Below, one piece after another: positions 1-12,522 of a stretch of DNA of 64,000 bases. Each line of letters begins with the position of its first letter. Position 1 is the first letter of the stretch. Below the pieces are notes generated by a model. It had not been told where the DNA came from. It ran no database searches and saw nothing but the letters and a program-made list of their open reading frames with translations. The position numbers and the translations under genes were made by a program. Source of the DNA: Squalus acanthias (taxonomy: Eukaryota); NCBI GenBank assembly GCA_030390025.1, contig CM059431.1, forward strand, positions 135,472,001-135,536,000. Direction: 5' to 3'.

Positions 1-205
1 ATATAACTGCAGCAATACCTCCCTGTTTTTATAATCTATCCCCTAGCAATAAAAGCCAACATTCCGTTGGCCTTCTTGATCACCTGCTGCACCTGCATAC
101 TAACTTTTTGATTTTCTTGCACTAGGACCCCCAGATCCCTTTGTACTGCAGTACTTTCCAGTTTCTCGCCATTAAGATAATAACTTGCTCTCTGATTTTT
201 CCTGC
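1..205 (-). mobile_element. CR1 LINE RT-region fragment
   Basis: ORF 36..302 ends YYLNGEKLESTAVQRDLGVLV...KKANGMLAFIARG, homologous to the CR1 ORF2 at 2069..3571. Confidence 0.85.
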
Positions 206-209
206 CAAA

Positions 210-640
210 AAACAGCGCAGTACCCTCTACAGGGCATCTGGGATGTAAGTGAACAGGATAAGCAACTGTGTATCTCCTTAACCAATCAGATTGAAGGATC
301 ATGAAATTAACAGCGCAAGGTCTGTGTGAGTTAGAATGGTGAATTCAATGTCAAATCAGGTACAGAAAGAGAAATAAAGAGAGCGAAAGAAAGATTGGAT
401 TAAGGAGAGAGAGAAAAAAGAAACAAAAAGATAAAGTAAAAAAAAAATTGTTTTAATTGTTTAAAAAAAAACTCAAACCACAATTAAAACCTGAAGGAAT
501 GAGACTTTACAATTGTAACAGTTAATTTTCAATGGCAGAGAGGTTGACTGGCAGTAATTAACACTTATCACATCATTAAAAGTGTTTTTGATGAGTAATG
601 ACTAGAATAAACTTCTTGTTGCGAGTTTAGTTCTTATCTA
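210..640. mobile_element. Internal fragment of the MITE family seen at 32973-33730
   Basis: Shares colinear blocks with 33110-33440: gcatctggga..gtgaacag, gaattcaatg..tacagaaagagaaata, tgaaggaatgagact..gagaggttga.tggcagtaattaaca. Confidence 0.7.
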
Positions 641-647
641 CTGTGCA

Positions 648-988
648 CTTTTTGATATATATTAATGACCTGAACGTGGCTGTAGAGGGCATAATTTCAA
701 AGTTTGCAGATGACACATAATGCAGAAATGTAGTAAACAATGGGAAGGATAGTAACAGACTTCAAGAGGACAAACTGGTGAAATAGGCAGACACATGGCA
801 GATGAAATTTAATTCGGAGAAGTGTGAAGTGATACTTTTTGGTATGAAGAATGCAGAGAGGCAATATGAACGAAATGGTACAATTTTAAAGGGGGTGCAG
901 GAACAGAGAGACCTGTGTGTGTATGTATAGAAATCTTTGAAGGTGGCAGGACAAGTTGAGAAGGCTGCTAAAAAAGAATATGGGAAAA
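648..988 (+). mobile_element. Degenerate CR1 RT fragment
   Basis: Reads LIYINDL..GIISKFADDT, then WQMKFN..KCEVI, with stops. Confidence 0.8.
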
Positions 989-1970
989 TTTGCTTTTGTA
1001 CTCTATTCCTCCATTAATAAAGCTAATGCATTACTTAACACTTCTCCAGATTGAATTCCATTTGCCACTTTTCTGCCCACCTTACCTGATATCTACCTGC
1101 AGTCTACAGCTTTCTTCCTCACTATCAACCACACGGCCAATTTTTGTATCATCTGCAAACTTCTTAATCATGCCCACTACATTGAAGTCTAAATCATTGA
1201 TATATGCCACACAAAGCAAGGGACCTAGTACTGAGCCCTGCGGAACTCCACTGAAAACAGCCTTCCAGTCACAAAAACACCCGTCGACCATTACCCTTTG
1301 CTTCTTGCCACTGAGCCAATTTTGGATGCAACTTGCCACTTTCCCTTGGATCCCATGGGCTTTTACTTTCCTGACCATGTGGGAAATTGTCAAAAGCCTT
1401 GCTAATATCCATGTAGACTATATCAAATGCACTACCTCATCGACCCTCCTTGTTACCTCCTCAAAATATTCAATCAAGTTAGTTAGACACTACCTTCCCT
1501 TAACAAATCCATGCTGACTGTCCTTGATTAATCTGTGCCTTTCTAAATGACAATTAATACTATCCCTCAGAATTTTTTCCAACAATTTGCCCACCACCGA
1601 GGTTAGGCTGACTGGCCTGTAATTAATCGGTCTATCCCTTGCTCCCTTTTTAAACAACAGTACAACATTAGCCATCCTCCAGTCCTCAAGCACCATGCCT
1701 GTAGCTAGAGAGGATTGGAAAATGATGGCCAGAGCCTCTGCTATTTCCTCCCTTGCTTCTCTTAACAGCCTGGGATACATTTCATTCAGGCCTGGTGATT
1801 TATCTACTTTTAAAGATGCTAAACCCCTTAATACTTCCTCCCTCACTATGTTATCTCATCTAATATTTCACACTCCTCCTCCTTAACTACAATGTCTGCA
1901 TCATCCCTCTCCTTTGTGAAGACAGATGCAAAGTATTCATTAGGAACCATACCCACATCTTCCACCTCCA

Positions 1971-4900
1971 TAGAAACATAGAAACATAGAAGATAGGAGC
2001 AGGAGTAGGCCATTCGGCCCCTCGAGCCTGCTCCGCCATTCGATGAGATCATGGCTGATCATCTAAACTCAGTACCCTGTACCTGCCTTCTCCCCATATC
2101 CTTTGATACCTTTAGCTTTAAGAAATATATCTAACTCAACCTTGAATATATTTAATGACTTCGCCTCAACTACCTTCTGTGGTAGAGAATTCCACAGGTT
2201 CACCACTCTCTGGGTGAAGAAATTCTTCCTCATTTCTGTCCTAAATGGTTTACCCGTTATCCGTAGATTATCACCCCTGGTTCTGGACTCTCCGACCATC
2301 GGGAACATTCTTCCTGCATCTAGTTTGTCCAGACCTGTCAGAATTTTATATGTTTCGATGAGATCCCCTCTCATTCTTCTATACTCCAGTGAGTATAAGC
2401 CCAATCGACCCAATCTCTCCTCATATGTCATTCCTGCCATCCCAGGTATCAGCCTTGTGAATCTTCGCTGAACTCCTTCCATGGCAAGAACATCCTTCCT
2501 CAGATAAGGCGACCAAAACTGCACACAGTACTCAAGGTGTGGTCTCACCAAGGCCCTGTACAACTGCAGCAGGACATCCCTGTTCCTATACTCAAACCCT
2601 TTCGCTATGAAGGCCAACATACCATTTGCCTTCTTCACCGCCTGCTGCACCTGCATGCTTACTTTCAGCGACTGGTGCACAAGGACACCCAGGTCTCGTT
2701 GCACTTCCCCTTCTCCCAATCTATGGCCATTGAGATAATAGTCTGCCTTTCTGTTTTTGACACCAAATTGGATAACCTCGCACTTATCCACGTTATATTG
2801 CATCTGCCACGCTTCTGCCCACTCACCCAACCTGTCCAGATCATCCTGGAGTTTCTCGGTATCCTCCTCGCAGCACACACTCCCACCCAGATTTGTGTCA
2901 TCTGCAAACTTGGAGATATTACATTTAATTCCCTTATCTAGATCATTAATGTATATTGTGAATAGCTGGGGTCCAAGGACCGATCCCTGCGGTACCCCAC
3001 TAGTCACTGCTTGCCACTCGGAAAAAGACCCATTAATTCCTACTCTCTGCTTTCTGTCCGCCAACCAGTTCTCTATCCAAGTCAATACCTTGCCCCCAAT
3101 CCCATGTGCCTTAACTTTACACGCTAATCTCTTATGCGGGACCTTATCGAAAGCCTTTTGAAAGTCCAAATACACCACATCTACTGGTTCTCCCTTATCT
3201 ATTTTCCCAGTTACATCCTCAAAAAATTCCAGTAGATTAGTCAAGCACGATTTACCTTTTGTAAATCCATGTTGAATTTGTCCGATCCTGTCACTGTTTT
3301 TCAAATGCTCAGCTATTACATCTTTTATAATGGACTCTAGCATTTTCCCCACTACCGATGTCAGGCTTACCGGTCTGTAATTCCCCGCTTTCTCTCTACC
3401 ACCCTTTTTGAATAGTGGGGTAACATTAGCTACTCTCCAATCCATGGGTACAGTTCCAGATTCCATTGAATGTTGGAAGATGATCAGCAATGCATCTAGG
3501 GCCACTTCCTTAAGTACCCTAGGATGTAGATTATCAGACCCTGGGGATTTATCGGCCTTCAATACCGTCAATTTCCTCTTACACCATTTCCCTGCAAATA
3601 CTGATTTCTTTCAGTTCCTCCCTTTCATCAGACCGTATGTTCTCCAACATCTCTGGGAGCTTATTTGTGTCCTCCTTTGTGAAGACAGAACCAAAATATG
3701 CATTTAATTGGTCTGCCATTTCTTTGTTCCCCATTATAACTTCCCCCGCTTCTGACTGCAAGGGACCTACACTTGATTTCACTAATCTTTTTCTCTTCAC
3801 ATATCTATAAAAGCTCTTACAGTCAGTTTTTATGTTCCCAGCAAGCTTACTTTCATATTCTATTTTCCCCTTCTTCATTAATCCCTTTGTCCTCCTTTGT
3901 TGAATCCTAAACTGCTCCAAATCCTCAGGGCTACCGCTTTTTCTGGCCAATTTATATGCCCTCTCCTTGGATCTTATGCTATCCCTAATTTCCCTTGTTA
4001 GCCACGGTTGAGTCACCCTTTTTGTTTTATTCTTATGCCACACCGGGATGTACAAATTCTGTAGTTCATCCATGCAGTCTTTGAATGTTTGCCATTGCCT
4101 ATCCACAGTCAACCCCTTGAGTGACATTCCCCAATCAATCCTACCCAATTCGCGCCTCATACCATCGTAGTTTCCTTTATTTAAATTCAGGACCCTAGTC
4201 TCTGATTCAACTACTTCACTCTCCATCCTAATGAAGAATTCTATCATATTATGATCACTCTGACCCAAGGGGCCTCGTACAACAAGATTGCTAATTAATC
4301 CTTTCTCGTTACATAATACCCAGTCTAAGATGGCCTGATCTCTAGTTGGTTCCTCGACATATTGTTCCAGAAAACCATCTCGTAAACATTCTAGGAATTC
4401 CTCCTCCACAGTATTTTTACTAATTTGGTTAGCCCAATCTATATGTAAATTAAAGTCACCCATGATGACTGCTGTGCCCTTAGTGCATGCTTCTCTAATT
4501 TCCCTTTTAATGCCGTCCCCAACCTCCGTATTACTGTTTGGAGGTCTATATACCACTCCCACTAACGTTTTCTGCCCCTTGTTATTTCTCAGTTCTACCC
4601 ATACAGATTCCGCATCATCAAAGTTAATATCCTTCCTTTCAATTGTGTTAATCCCCTCTTTAACCAGCAATGCTACCCCACCTCCCTTTCTTTTTTGCCT
4701 ATCTTTCCTAAGTATTGAATAACCCTGGATGTTGAGTTCCCAGCCTTGGCCACCCTGGAGCCATGTTTCTGTAATCCCAATCAAATCGTATTCATTTACC
4801 TCTATTTGCGCAGCTAATTCATCCACCTTGTTCCGAATGCTCCTTGCATTAAGACACAAAGCCTTCAGGCTTGTTTTTTTAACACTTTCAGACCTATATG

Positions 4901-5524
4901 AATTATTATTTACTATGACCATGTTTGATTTAAACCGTTGAGTTCTTTGCCTTCTACTTTTGTTTTTCTCCTTCCTGTCTTTAGCTTTTATCCTTATTTC
5001 CCTTTCCTCTGTCTCCCTACTCAGGTTCCCAACCCCCTGCCACTTTAGTTTAAACCCTCCCCAACAGCACTAGCAAACACTCCACCTAAGACATCGGTCC
5101 CGGCCCTGCCCAGGTGCAGACCGTCCCGTTTGTACTGGTCCCACCTCCCCCAGAACCGGTTCCAATGTCCAAGGAATTTGAATCCCTCCCCCTTGCACCA
5201 TTCCTCTAGCCACGTATTCATTTGAAATATCCTCCTATTTCTACTCTGACTAGCACGTGGCACTGGTAGCAATCCTGAGATTACTACCTTTGAGGTTCTC
5301 TTTTTTAATTTACCTCCTAACTCCCTATATTCTGCTTTTAGGACCTCATCCCGTTTTTTACCTATATCGTTGATGCCTATGTGCACCACGACAACTAGCT
5401 GTTCGGCCTCCCCCTCCAAAGTGTTCTGTAGCCGCTCCAAGACGTCCTTGACCCTTGCACCAGGGAGGCTACACACCATCCTGGAGTCTCGATTGCGGCC
5501 GCAGAAACGCCTATCTATTCCCCT
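1971..5524 (-). mobile_element. Young CR1 LINE, 5'-truncated within ORF1
   Basis: 3' tail (GTTTCTAT)n at 1971-1990; 3' stem-loop ggagcagg..cctgctcc; ORF2 split only at about 3575; ORF1 esterase C-terminus at 5045..5530; cctcca at both junctions (1965-1970 and 5522-5527). Confidence 0.95.
2069..4922 (-). pseudogene. CR1 ORF2 (APE endonuclease + reverse transcriptase) with one break
   Basis: 447-aa EN part (CLNARS, ITETW, YRPP, GDFN, SDH) and 500-aa RT part (YLDFQKAFD, PQGSVLGP, FADD), separated by a short lesion at 3572-3581. Confidence 0.93.
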
Positions 5525-7255
5525 CCACACACATGCTTCCTTTTTGGTCTCTAACAGGTCCTACTCTCTTTTTAGTTATCTTCTTTCTCATGTATTTATA
5601 AAACATCTTCGGATTTTCCTTGCTTTTACTTGCCAATATTTTTTCATGCCCTCTCTTTGCTTTCCTAATTTCCTTTTTCATTTCACCCCTGCACTTTCTA
5701 TACTCCTCTTGGATTTCTGCAGTATTTAGCTCTGGGTATTTAACATAAGCTTCTTTTCTTTTGCCTTATCCTACCCTGTATGGTCCCTTGATATCCAGGG
5801 GGCTCTAGATTTGGGAGTCCCACCATTTTTCTTTGTGGGAACATATTAGCTCTGAACCCTCACTATCGGCTCCTTGAATGCCTCCCACTGCTCTGACACT
5901 GATTTACCTTCAAGTAGCTGTTTCCAGTCCACTTTTGCTGAATCACATCTCAGCTTAGTAAAATTGGCCTTTCCCCAATCGAGAACTTTTACTCCTGGTC
6001 TATCTTTGTCCTGTTCCATAACTACACTAAATCTAACTGAATTATGATCACTACCACCAAAATGCTCTCTCACTGATACCCCTTCCACCTGCCCAGCTTC
6101 ATTCCCTAAAACCAAGTCCAGAACTGCCCCCTCTCTTGTTGGGCTTGCTACGTACTGGCTAAAAAAGTTCTCCTGAATGCATTTTAAGAATTCTACGTCC
6201 TCTATACTTTTTACACTGATTCTATCCCAGTTAATATTAGGGTAGTTGAAATCCCCTACTATTACTGCCCTATTGTTTTTGCACTGCTCAGAAATTTGCC
6301 TACATATTTGCTCTTCTATCTCCCTCTGACTGTTTGGGGCACTAGAATACATTCCTAACAGTGTAATTGCCCCTTTTATGTTCTTCAGTACAACCCATAT
6401 GGCCTCATTTGATGATCCTTCTAACATATCCTCCTTCCTCACAGCTGTAATTGTTTCTTTAACCAATATTGCGACCCCCCTCCGTTTTTATCCCCTTCTC
6501 TATCTCGTCTGAAAACCCTGTAACCAGGAATGTTGAGCTGCCATTCCTGCCCTTCTTTCAGCCATGTTTCAGTAATAGCTATGATATCATACTTCCACAT
6601 GTCTATCTGTGCCCCCAGGCTCATCTGTCTTATTCACTAGACTCCTTGCTTTGAAGTATGTACCACTAAGCACTGCCAAACCCTTTTTTGTCTATTTTCT
6701 AGCCTTTGTTCCCTCTTACTTACTAACTCACTGACTAATTTACTGCCTTCCATTTCCAGCTTTGCTTCTCTCCCTTCTGAATTTATGCTCAGGTGCCCAT
6801 CCCCCTGCCAAGCTAGTTTAAACACTCCCCAATAGCACTAGCAAACCTACCCGCAAGGATATTGGTCCCGGCCCTGTTGAGGTGCAATCCGTCCGGCTTG
6901 GCTAGGACCCACCTCCCCCAGAACCGGTCCAATGCCTCAGGAATCTAAAGCCCACGCCCCACCACCCCCCACACCAGCTCTCCAGCCACACATTCATCTG
7001 CTCTATCCTTCTATTTCTATACTCACTAGCTCGTGGCACCAGGAGTAATCCAGCGCTTACTACCTTTGAGCTCCTGCTTATTAATCTCTTTCCTAGCTCC
7101 CTAAAATCTGCCTGCAGGACCTCATCCCTATTTCTACTTATGTCATTAGTACTGATATGGACCACAACCTCTGGTTGTTCACCCTCCCCCCTCAGAATGT
7201 TCTGCAGCCGCTCAGCGACATCCTTGACCCTGGCACCAGGGAGGTAACATACCAT

Positions 7256-7392
7256 ACAAAAGCAAAATACTGTGGATGCTGGAAATCTGAAATAAAAACA
7301 GAAAATGCTGGAAATACTCAGCAGGTCAGGTAGCATCTGTGGAGAGAGAAACAGACTTAACGTTTCAAGTCGATGACCCTTCGTCAGAACTG
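7256..7392 (-). mobile_element. Penelope-like pLTR fragment (family B) with hammerhead motif
   Basis: 13-bp TSD ggtaacataccat (7243-7255 and 7393-7405). Minus strand reads AGTT-CTGACGA-agggtc.atc.gactt-GAAACGTT. Confidence 0.8.
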
Positions 7393-7393
7393 G

Positions 7394-7464
7394 GTAACAT
7401 ACCATTCTGGAGTTACGGAGTAACATACCATTCTGGAGTTAGGGAGTAACATACCATTCTGGAG
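7394..7464. repeat. 26-bp tandem triplication next to the insertion
   Basis: gtaacataccattctggag(tta.gga) present about 2.7 times. Confidence 0.85.
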
Positions 7465-8010
7465 GCCGCAGAAACACCTGTCTGTTCCCCTAACTATTGA
7501 ATCCCCTATCACTGTTGCTCTTTTGACCTTCCTCCTCCGCCCCCATACAGCTGAGTCACCCGTGGTGCCGTGGGCTTGGCTCTGGCTGTACGCCCCAGAG
7601 GAACCATCACCCTCAGGGTGTATTCAGAACAGAATACTGGTTGGAGAGTGAGATGCACTCCGGGGTCTCCTGCACTACCTGCCTGGTCCTCCTTGTCTGT
7701 CTGGCAATCACCCATTCCCTCTCTGCCTGCAAACTCTTAAGATGCGGGGTGACCACCTCCTGAAACTTGCTATCCACGAAGCTCTCAGCCTCGCGCATGC
7801 CCTGCAGTGATGCAGTTGCTGTTCAAGCTCTGAAACCCGGAGCTCGACCTCCTCCAGCTGACGACACTTCCTGCATATGTGGTTGTCCAGGACACGAGAA
7901 GTATCCTGGACCTCCCACATGGCACAGGATGTGCATTCGATGGGACTGAGGTGCCCTGCCATGCCTCTATTTAAGAGACTACTAACTAAATTTTAGTTTA
8001 ACCCACTGAC

Positions 8011-8334
8011 CATGAGGGGTCTAGACAGAGTAGATAGAGAGAAACTGTTCCCATTGGCGGAAGGGTCAAGAACCAGAGGACACAGATTTAAGACGACATG
8101 AGGAAAAACCTTTAAACGCAGCAAGTGGTTAGAATCTGGAATGCATTGCCTGAAAGGGTGGTGGAGGCAGATTCAATTGTGGTTTTCAAAAGGGAATTGG
8201 ATAAGTACCTGAAGGAAAAACTTTGAAGAGCTACGGGGAAAGGGCGGGTGAGTGGGACTAGCTGAAGTGCTCTAGCAGAGAGCCAGCACGGGCTCGATGG
8301 GCCGAATGTCCTCCTTCTGTGCTGTAGCCATTCT
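8011..8334 (+). mobile_element. CR1 3' end fragment
   Basis: MRGLDRVDREKLFP..SRTRGHRFK, then 3' UTR ending ggccgaatg..ctccttctgtgctgta.ccattct. A similar copy lies at 23285-23535. Confidence 0.85.
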
Positions 8335-11258
8335 GGCCGCGATTTTGCTGATCTCGGCGGGTCCATGGCGGGCGATGTCGGTGGCAGGTCCCGACCCCGC
8401 TGCTGACTCCATCCCGCTCAGTGAAATGAATTTCCCTTGATGGGGCGCATTTCCCGGCCAATTAGAGGAAACAAGTCTGGTGACGTCATTTGCTGACGCA
8501 TCCTCAGCCGGTTTCCTTAAAGGGACCATGGCCAACTTTAATTTGACATTTGTGCTGTCAGTGTTCTGGACAAGCAAGGCTGTGTCATCGCACCAATGCT
8601 CTTCTCGATCTTCCTGGCTGCAAAGCTCCATCTCACCCTCAGTAAGCTCCCCGCTGGAGTGGAGCTAATCTACAGAACAAACGGGAAACTGTTCAAACTC
8701 CGTCGCCTCCAGTCCAGATCCAAGGTCGTCCTATCCTCTGTCATCGAATTACAGTATGCAGACGACGCTTGCGTCTGCGCACACTCTGAGGTCGAACTCC
8801 AAACCATCGTCAACACCTTCACCGAAGCATACGAGAGCATGGGCCTTACACCAAACATCCGTAAGACAAAGGTCCTCTACCAACCTGCCCCCGCCACACA
8901 GTACTGCTCCCCAATTATCAAAATCCATGACGAGGCCTTGGACAACGTGGACCACTTTCCATACCTCGGGAGCCTACTGTCAACAAGGGCAGATGTCGAT
9001 GATGAAGTCCAATACCGCCTTCAGTGTGCCAGTGCAGCCTTCGGTTGCCTGAGGAAGAGAGTGTTTGAAGACCAGGACCTCAAACCCAGCACCAAGCTCA
9101 TGGTCTACAGCGCAGTAGTGATACCCACCCTTCTGTATGCTTCAGAGACATGGACCATGTACAGCAGGAACCTCAAAGCACCAATGCTGCCTCCGCAAGA
9201 TCCTGCAAATCCATTGGCAGGATAGGCGCACCAATGTCAGTGTTTTCGCTCAGGCCCACATCCCCAGCATCGAAGCTTTGACCACGCTTGATCAGCTCCG
9301 ATGGACGGGTCACATCGTCTGCATGCCCGATACGAGACTCCCAAAACAAGCGCTCTACTCGGAGCTCCGACACGGCAAGAGAACCCCAGGTGGGCAGTGG
9401 AAACGCTTCAAGGACACCCTCGAAGCCTCCTTGAAAAAGTGCAACATCCCCACCGACATCTGGGAATCCCTGGCCCAAGACCGCACAAAATGGAGGAGAA
9501 GCATCTGGGAAGGCGCCGAACACCTCGAGTCTCTTCACCGGGAGCAAGCGGAAGCCAAGCGCAAACAGCAGAAGGAGCGCACGTCAACCCAAGCACCCCA
9601 CCCACCCGCCCCTTCAACCACCGTCTGCCCCACCTGTGACAGAGACTGTAGGTCCCGCATTGGACTCATCAGTCACCTGAGAACTCATTTTTAGTGTGGA
9701 AGCAAGTCATCCTCGGTTCCGAGGGACTACTGAAGAAGAAGAAGAGGTGCTGTAAACAATGACAATGACTGCACAGAGGTGCACGGCTGCAACCAGGCTC
9801 TCCCATGACTCCCTCCTTATGCTTATGGAGGGAATCACAGCATGCAAGGAGGTCCTCTTACCTTTTAATGGGCGGAAGAGACCTCCCCAGGAGATCAACG
9901 CAGCCTGGTTGCACAATGCACAGGAGGGCACAAGCAGGGATGTAGTCAGGAGGAGCTGGGTTCAGTGCCGTAAATGTTTCAATGATCTCAGTAGATCAAG
10001 AAATGTTAGTACAAAGCCACACTCAGCCTCATCCTGCTGTGCCTCTCATCACATCCCCATCACTCTGCCTTCCCTATCCTACTCCTGCACATTTTTACTC
10101 ACACCAACTTACCTTGCACCTGCACCCATCCCTCTCTCTCTATCTACATTATCACATCCCCATCTCACTAGCCACCCCTCACACTCACCCTCATCCTCGT
10201 GCAATCAGACCAACTAACAACACACAAGGGTAGCCACTTGAGTGCTTTATCCAATGCTCATGTAAAGTTTCTGTTAATGTGGTGTCAAACATAAAAATCT
10301 TTATTTTCAACACTTTGGACAGATTTGTGTGCACCTTTGGAAGTGGCTTAGTGAGTTGCAGTGAACGGTGAGACATAACGGTACCCCCCACAATGGTGAT
10401 GAGTGTGAAAGGAATGGTTTGGACATTGTAGGGATGCTTTATGCTGCTAGTGTGGGGTGGTGCTAACCTGGCGCATCATGTGGCAGCCAGGGTGTACAGC
10501 ATCAAGTGAAGTAAATCGGGCCGTGGTGAGGCAATCCCTGGCCTCCCGGGCAGCAATATGGTCGGGTGCTGATGCCCTGTATCCTGCGCAGCATCAGGTG
10601 ATTGCGGAGAAGGTTGTTGTTGTTGTTGGTGCTGCTGGTGTTCCTGGTGCTGCTGGTGTTGGGGCTGATCGTGGTCAGATTCTGAAGACCAAGGTGAGAA
10701 AGTATAAAGGGCACCCATGGTGATGGAATAGATGGCAGGTGAAATAGAGATGACAGAAGCGATCTATCAATGGTGAGAGAGGTAATGAGGTCAGACTGAA
10801 TGGAAACTTGTGTGAAGACTTGCAGCATGGTGAATCTGTTGTGGAAATGCAGTAAGGATGAGCTTGTGGCTGAGGGAAGATATCTCTGTAAGTTGGGAGC
10901 TTTTACTGTACATTTGAAGATGTAAACTCAACAGCTGAACAGCTGATTCAATGGCCACTGAACTCCTGCCTCAGCTTGACAGACGTGGTCCATGACCAGC
11001 GTGGACCCCGCGGGTGAGCACATAAAATTAAAAGGTGAGCTCAAATGTATTCTTAATGATCTCTAAACAAAGTCAGAATTACCTGAATTTGGCCCCTCGC
11101 CGCAGCGTGTTGGGTCTGCTTAACACTGACAGAGCCGACATTGGGAAAGGCGCGTGGTGGCGGGTTCATAGCAGGGTCCCGACCCACTGGGGAAAAAATT
11201 TATTTCCCACCCGACCCGCCACCGATCACGTCTGCTGACCCCCCAGAAAATCTCGGCC
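8335..11258. mobile_element. Non-autonomous PIF/Harbinger derivative (decayed Myb exon on +, transposase 5' end on -), containing an RTE insertion
   Basis: TIRs ggccgcgattttgctg (8335) and cagaaaatctcggcc (11244-11258). Myb/SANT-like exon RLSHDSL..W..V..RSWVQCRKCFNDL at 9759-10010. MGA-starting Q-rich transposase N-terminus at 10476..10718(-). Confidence 0.75.
8571..9746 (+). mobile_element. RTE-clade (BovB-like) LINE, 5'-truncated
   Basis: KQGCVIAP.LFSIF, YRTNGKLF, LQYADD, FPYLGS, LLYASETW, QLRWTGHI..MPDTRLPKQ and a C-terminal CPTCDRDCRSRIGLISHLRTH; (GAA)n tail at 9732-9746; one frameshift near 9180. Confidence 0.92.
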
Positions 11259-12522
11259 TATGATTAACTAAGATCCCCGTTGTCCTCGCCACGCCCTTAT
11301 CAGCTCACAATTCCAGCAAGTTATGGCGCAATTTCTTTTCGAGCTGAATGGTGCAGAGCATTGTCTAACTAACGGGGCACTCTGTGAGTTGTCCCACTCC
11401 AGCTATGTTGCAATGCAGTGATCAGATATTGTCATATACCTGTCTCAGATAGATACGTATCCTTATTAATAATACTTGTATCAATGTGTCTTGAATACAC
11501 AGTTGATAAAACTCTTTTATTCTGTCATGTAGTTTTGAGATGTTTAAATAGACTCTTAATAAGTTGTAGTTCCCATTAACAGTTATATGTGTTTCCTAGT
11601 GCAGTCATATGTGGCTGTGTCCCCATTAACTGATTGCAACTTGGTTGTCACATCATAGATCATAGCCCATTAACAGAACACAGTTTTCATCAGTAGGCTC
11701 AACATATGTCCTGGTGTCCCCACTAACAGGTCAAATATGTTTCCAAATTGACAGGTCACATGTTGTGGCTCCTGTCCCTTTTTAAAAAGCTGCAAATGAG
11801 TTTTGTCATCTCATTCAGAAGTTATATATATTTCCCAGTACTCCAGTGAACTAGTTGTGTGAGTATCCTGGTGTCCCTGAATCTTTGTTAACAGATTTGA
11901 TGTGTGACAAGAATCTTGTCATTCATGTATGAAGTAATACTGGGCGGCCTGCTGGTGGTGCTGTCCAGGGAGAGTATAAATACTCGGGCATGGGCCCAGC
12001 TTGCTTAGGACATTCCTCAACAGGAACTAGTGAAGGACACAACTAGATCTCCATGTTGAAAAACAGTTGATTAAAGCTTTGTTTAACGCTTAGACCAAGT
12101 GCCTAGTAGTTTTCTTACGTCAATGTGTGCATTAATTTTTCAGATAACAAATAATTTGAAGTGATTAAATAAATATTCCCTGGGTGCATAATTCAGATAT
12201 GTAGCGCCCATTTTTGGGCACTACGAGTGTGCGCCGGAAGTGTGCAGAGTACGCAGATCATAACGTCAATCAGTGTGTAATGCTGATTTGACACGAGCGC
12301 TGCCATTTTGGAGCTGAATGCTCTTAAGCTATTTAAAAGGATCATCACTTACTTTCAGGTTAGTTGCTGATTGATTTCTACTGGCTGTTGCTGCAATTGT
12401 ACAAGTGTTTGGTGCTTTCTAGATTTTTTTAAAGTTACTAAATCTACAGGGAGTGGTGTGGCAGGTGCTGAAGGACATTGTCCTGAATTCAAGGCTTCTG
12501 CACAAACCACTTGCTCCCAGAC

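Larger units (their letters stand above)
990..7965 (-). mobile_element. Older CR1 LINE (ORF1 Zn-finger/esterase, ORF2 EN-RT), decayed and interrupted at 1971-5524 and 7256-7392
   Basis: ORF1 start C-x2-C..H-x-C-x2-C (7708..7962), SGNH-like piece (6902..7426), APE pieces (6439..6624; 5846..6466 with GDFN and SDH), RT pieces (1490..1846; 1082..1393 with PQGSVLGP and FADD). Sequence ending at 1970 continues at about 5528. Confidence 0.9.

Noticed and set aside
648..1090. Twin-priming inversion of a single CR1
   Set aside because: The two convergent pieces cover overlapping RT positions and look like different subfamilies; no shared TSD or 3' tail is visible.
990..4941. Many 60-175 aa plus-strand ORFs opposite CR1 ORF2 (likewise 18281-20693)
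   Set aside because: Antisense shadows of LINE coding sequence, recurring in each copy.
10476..10718. Polyglutamine host gene (also 30340..30582)
   Set aside because: It is duplicated within TIR-bounded repeats and sits where the MGA-starting transposase N-terminus is expected.
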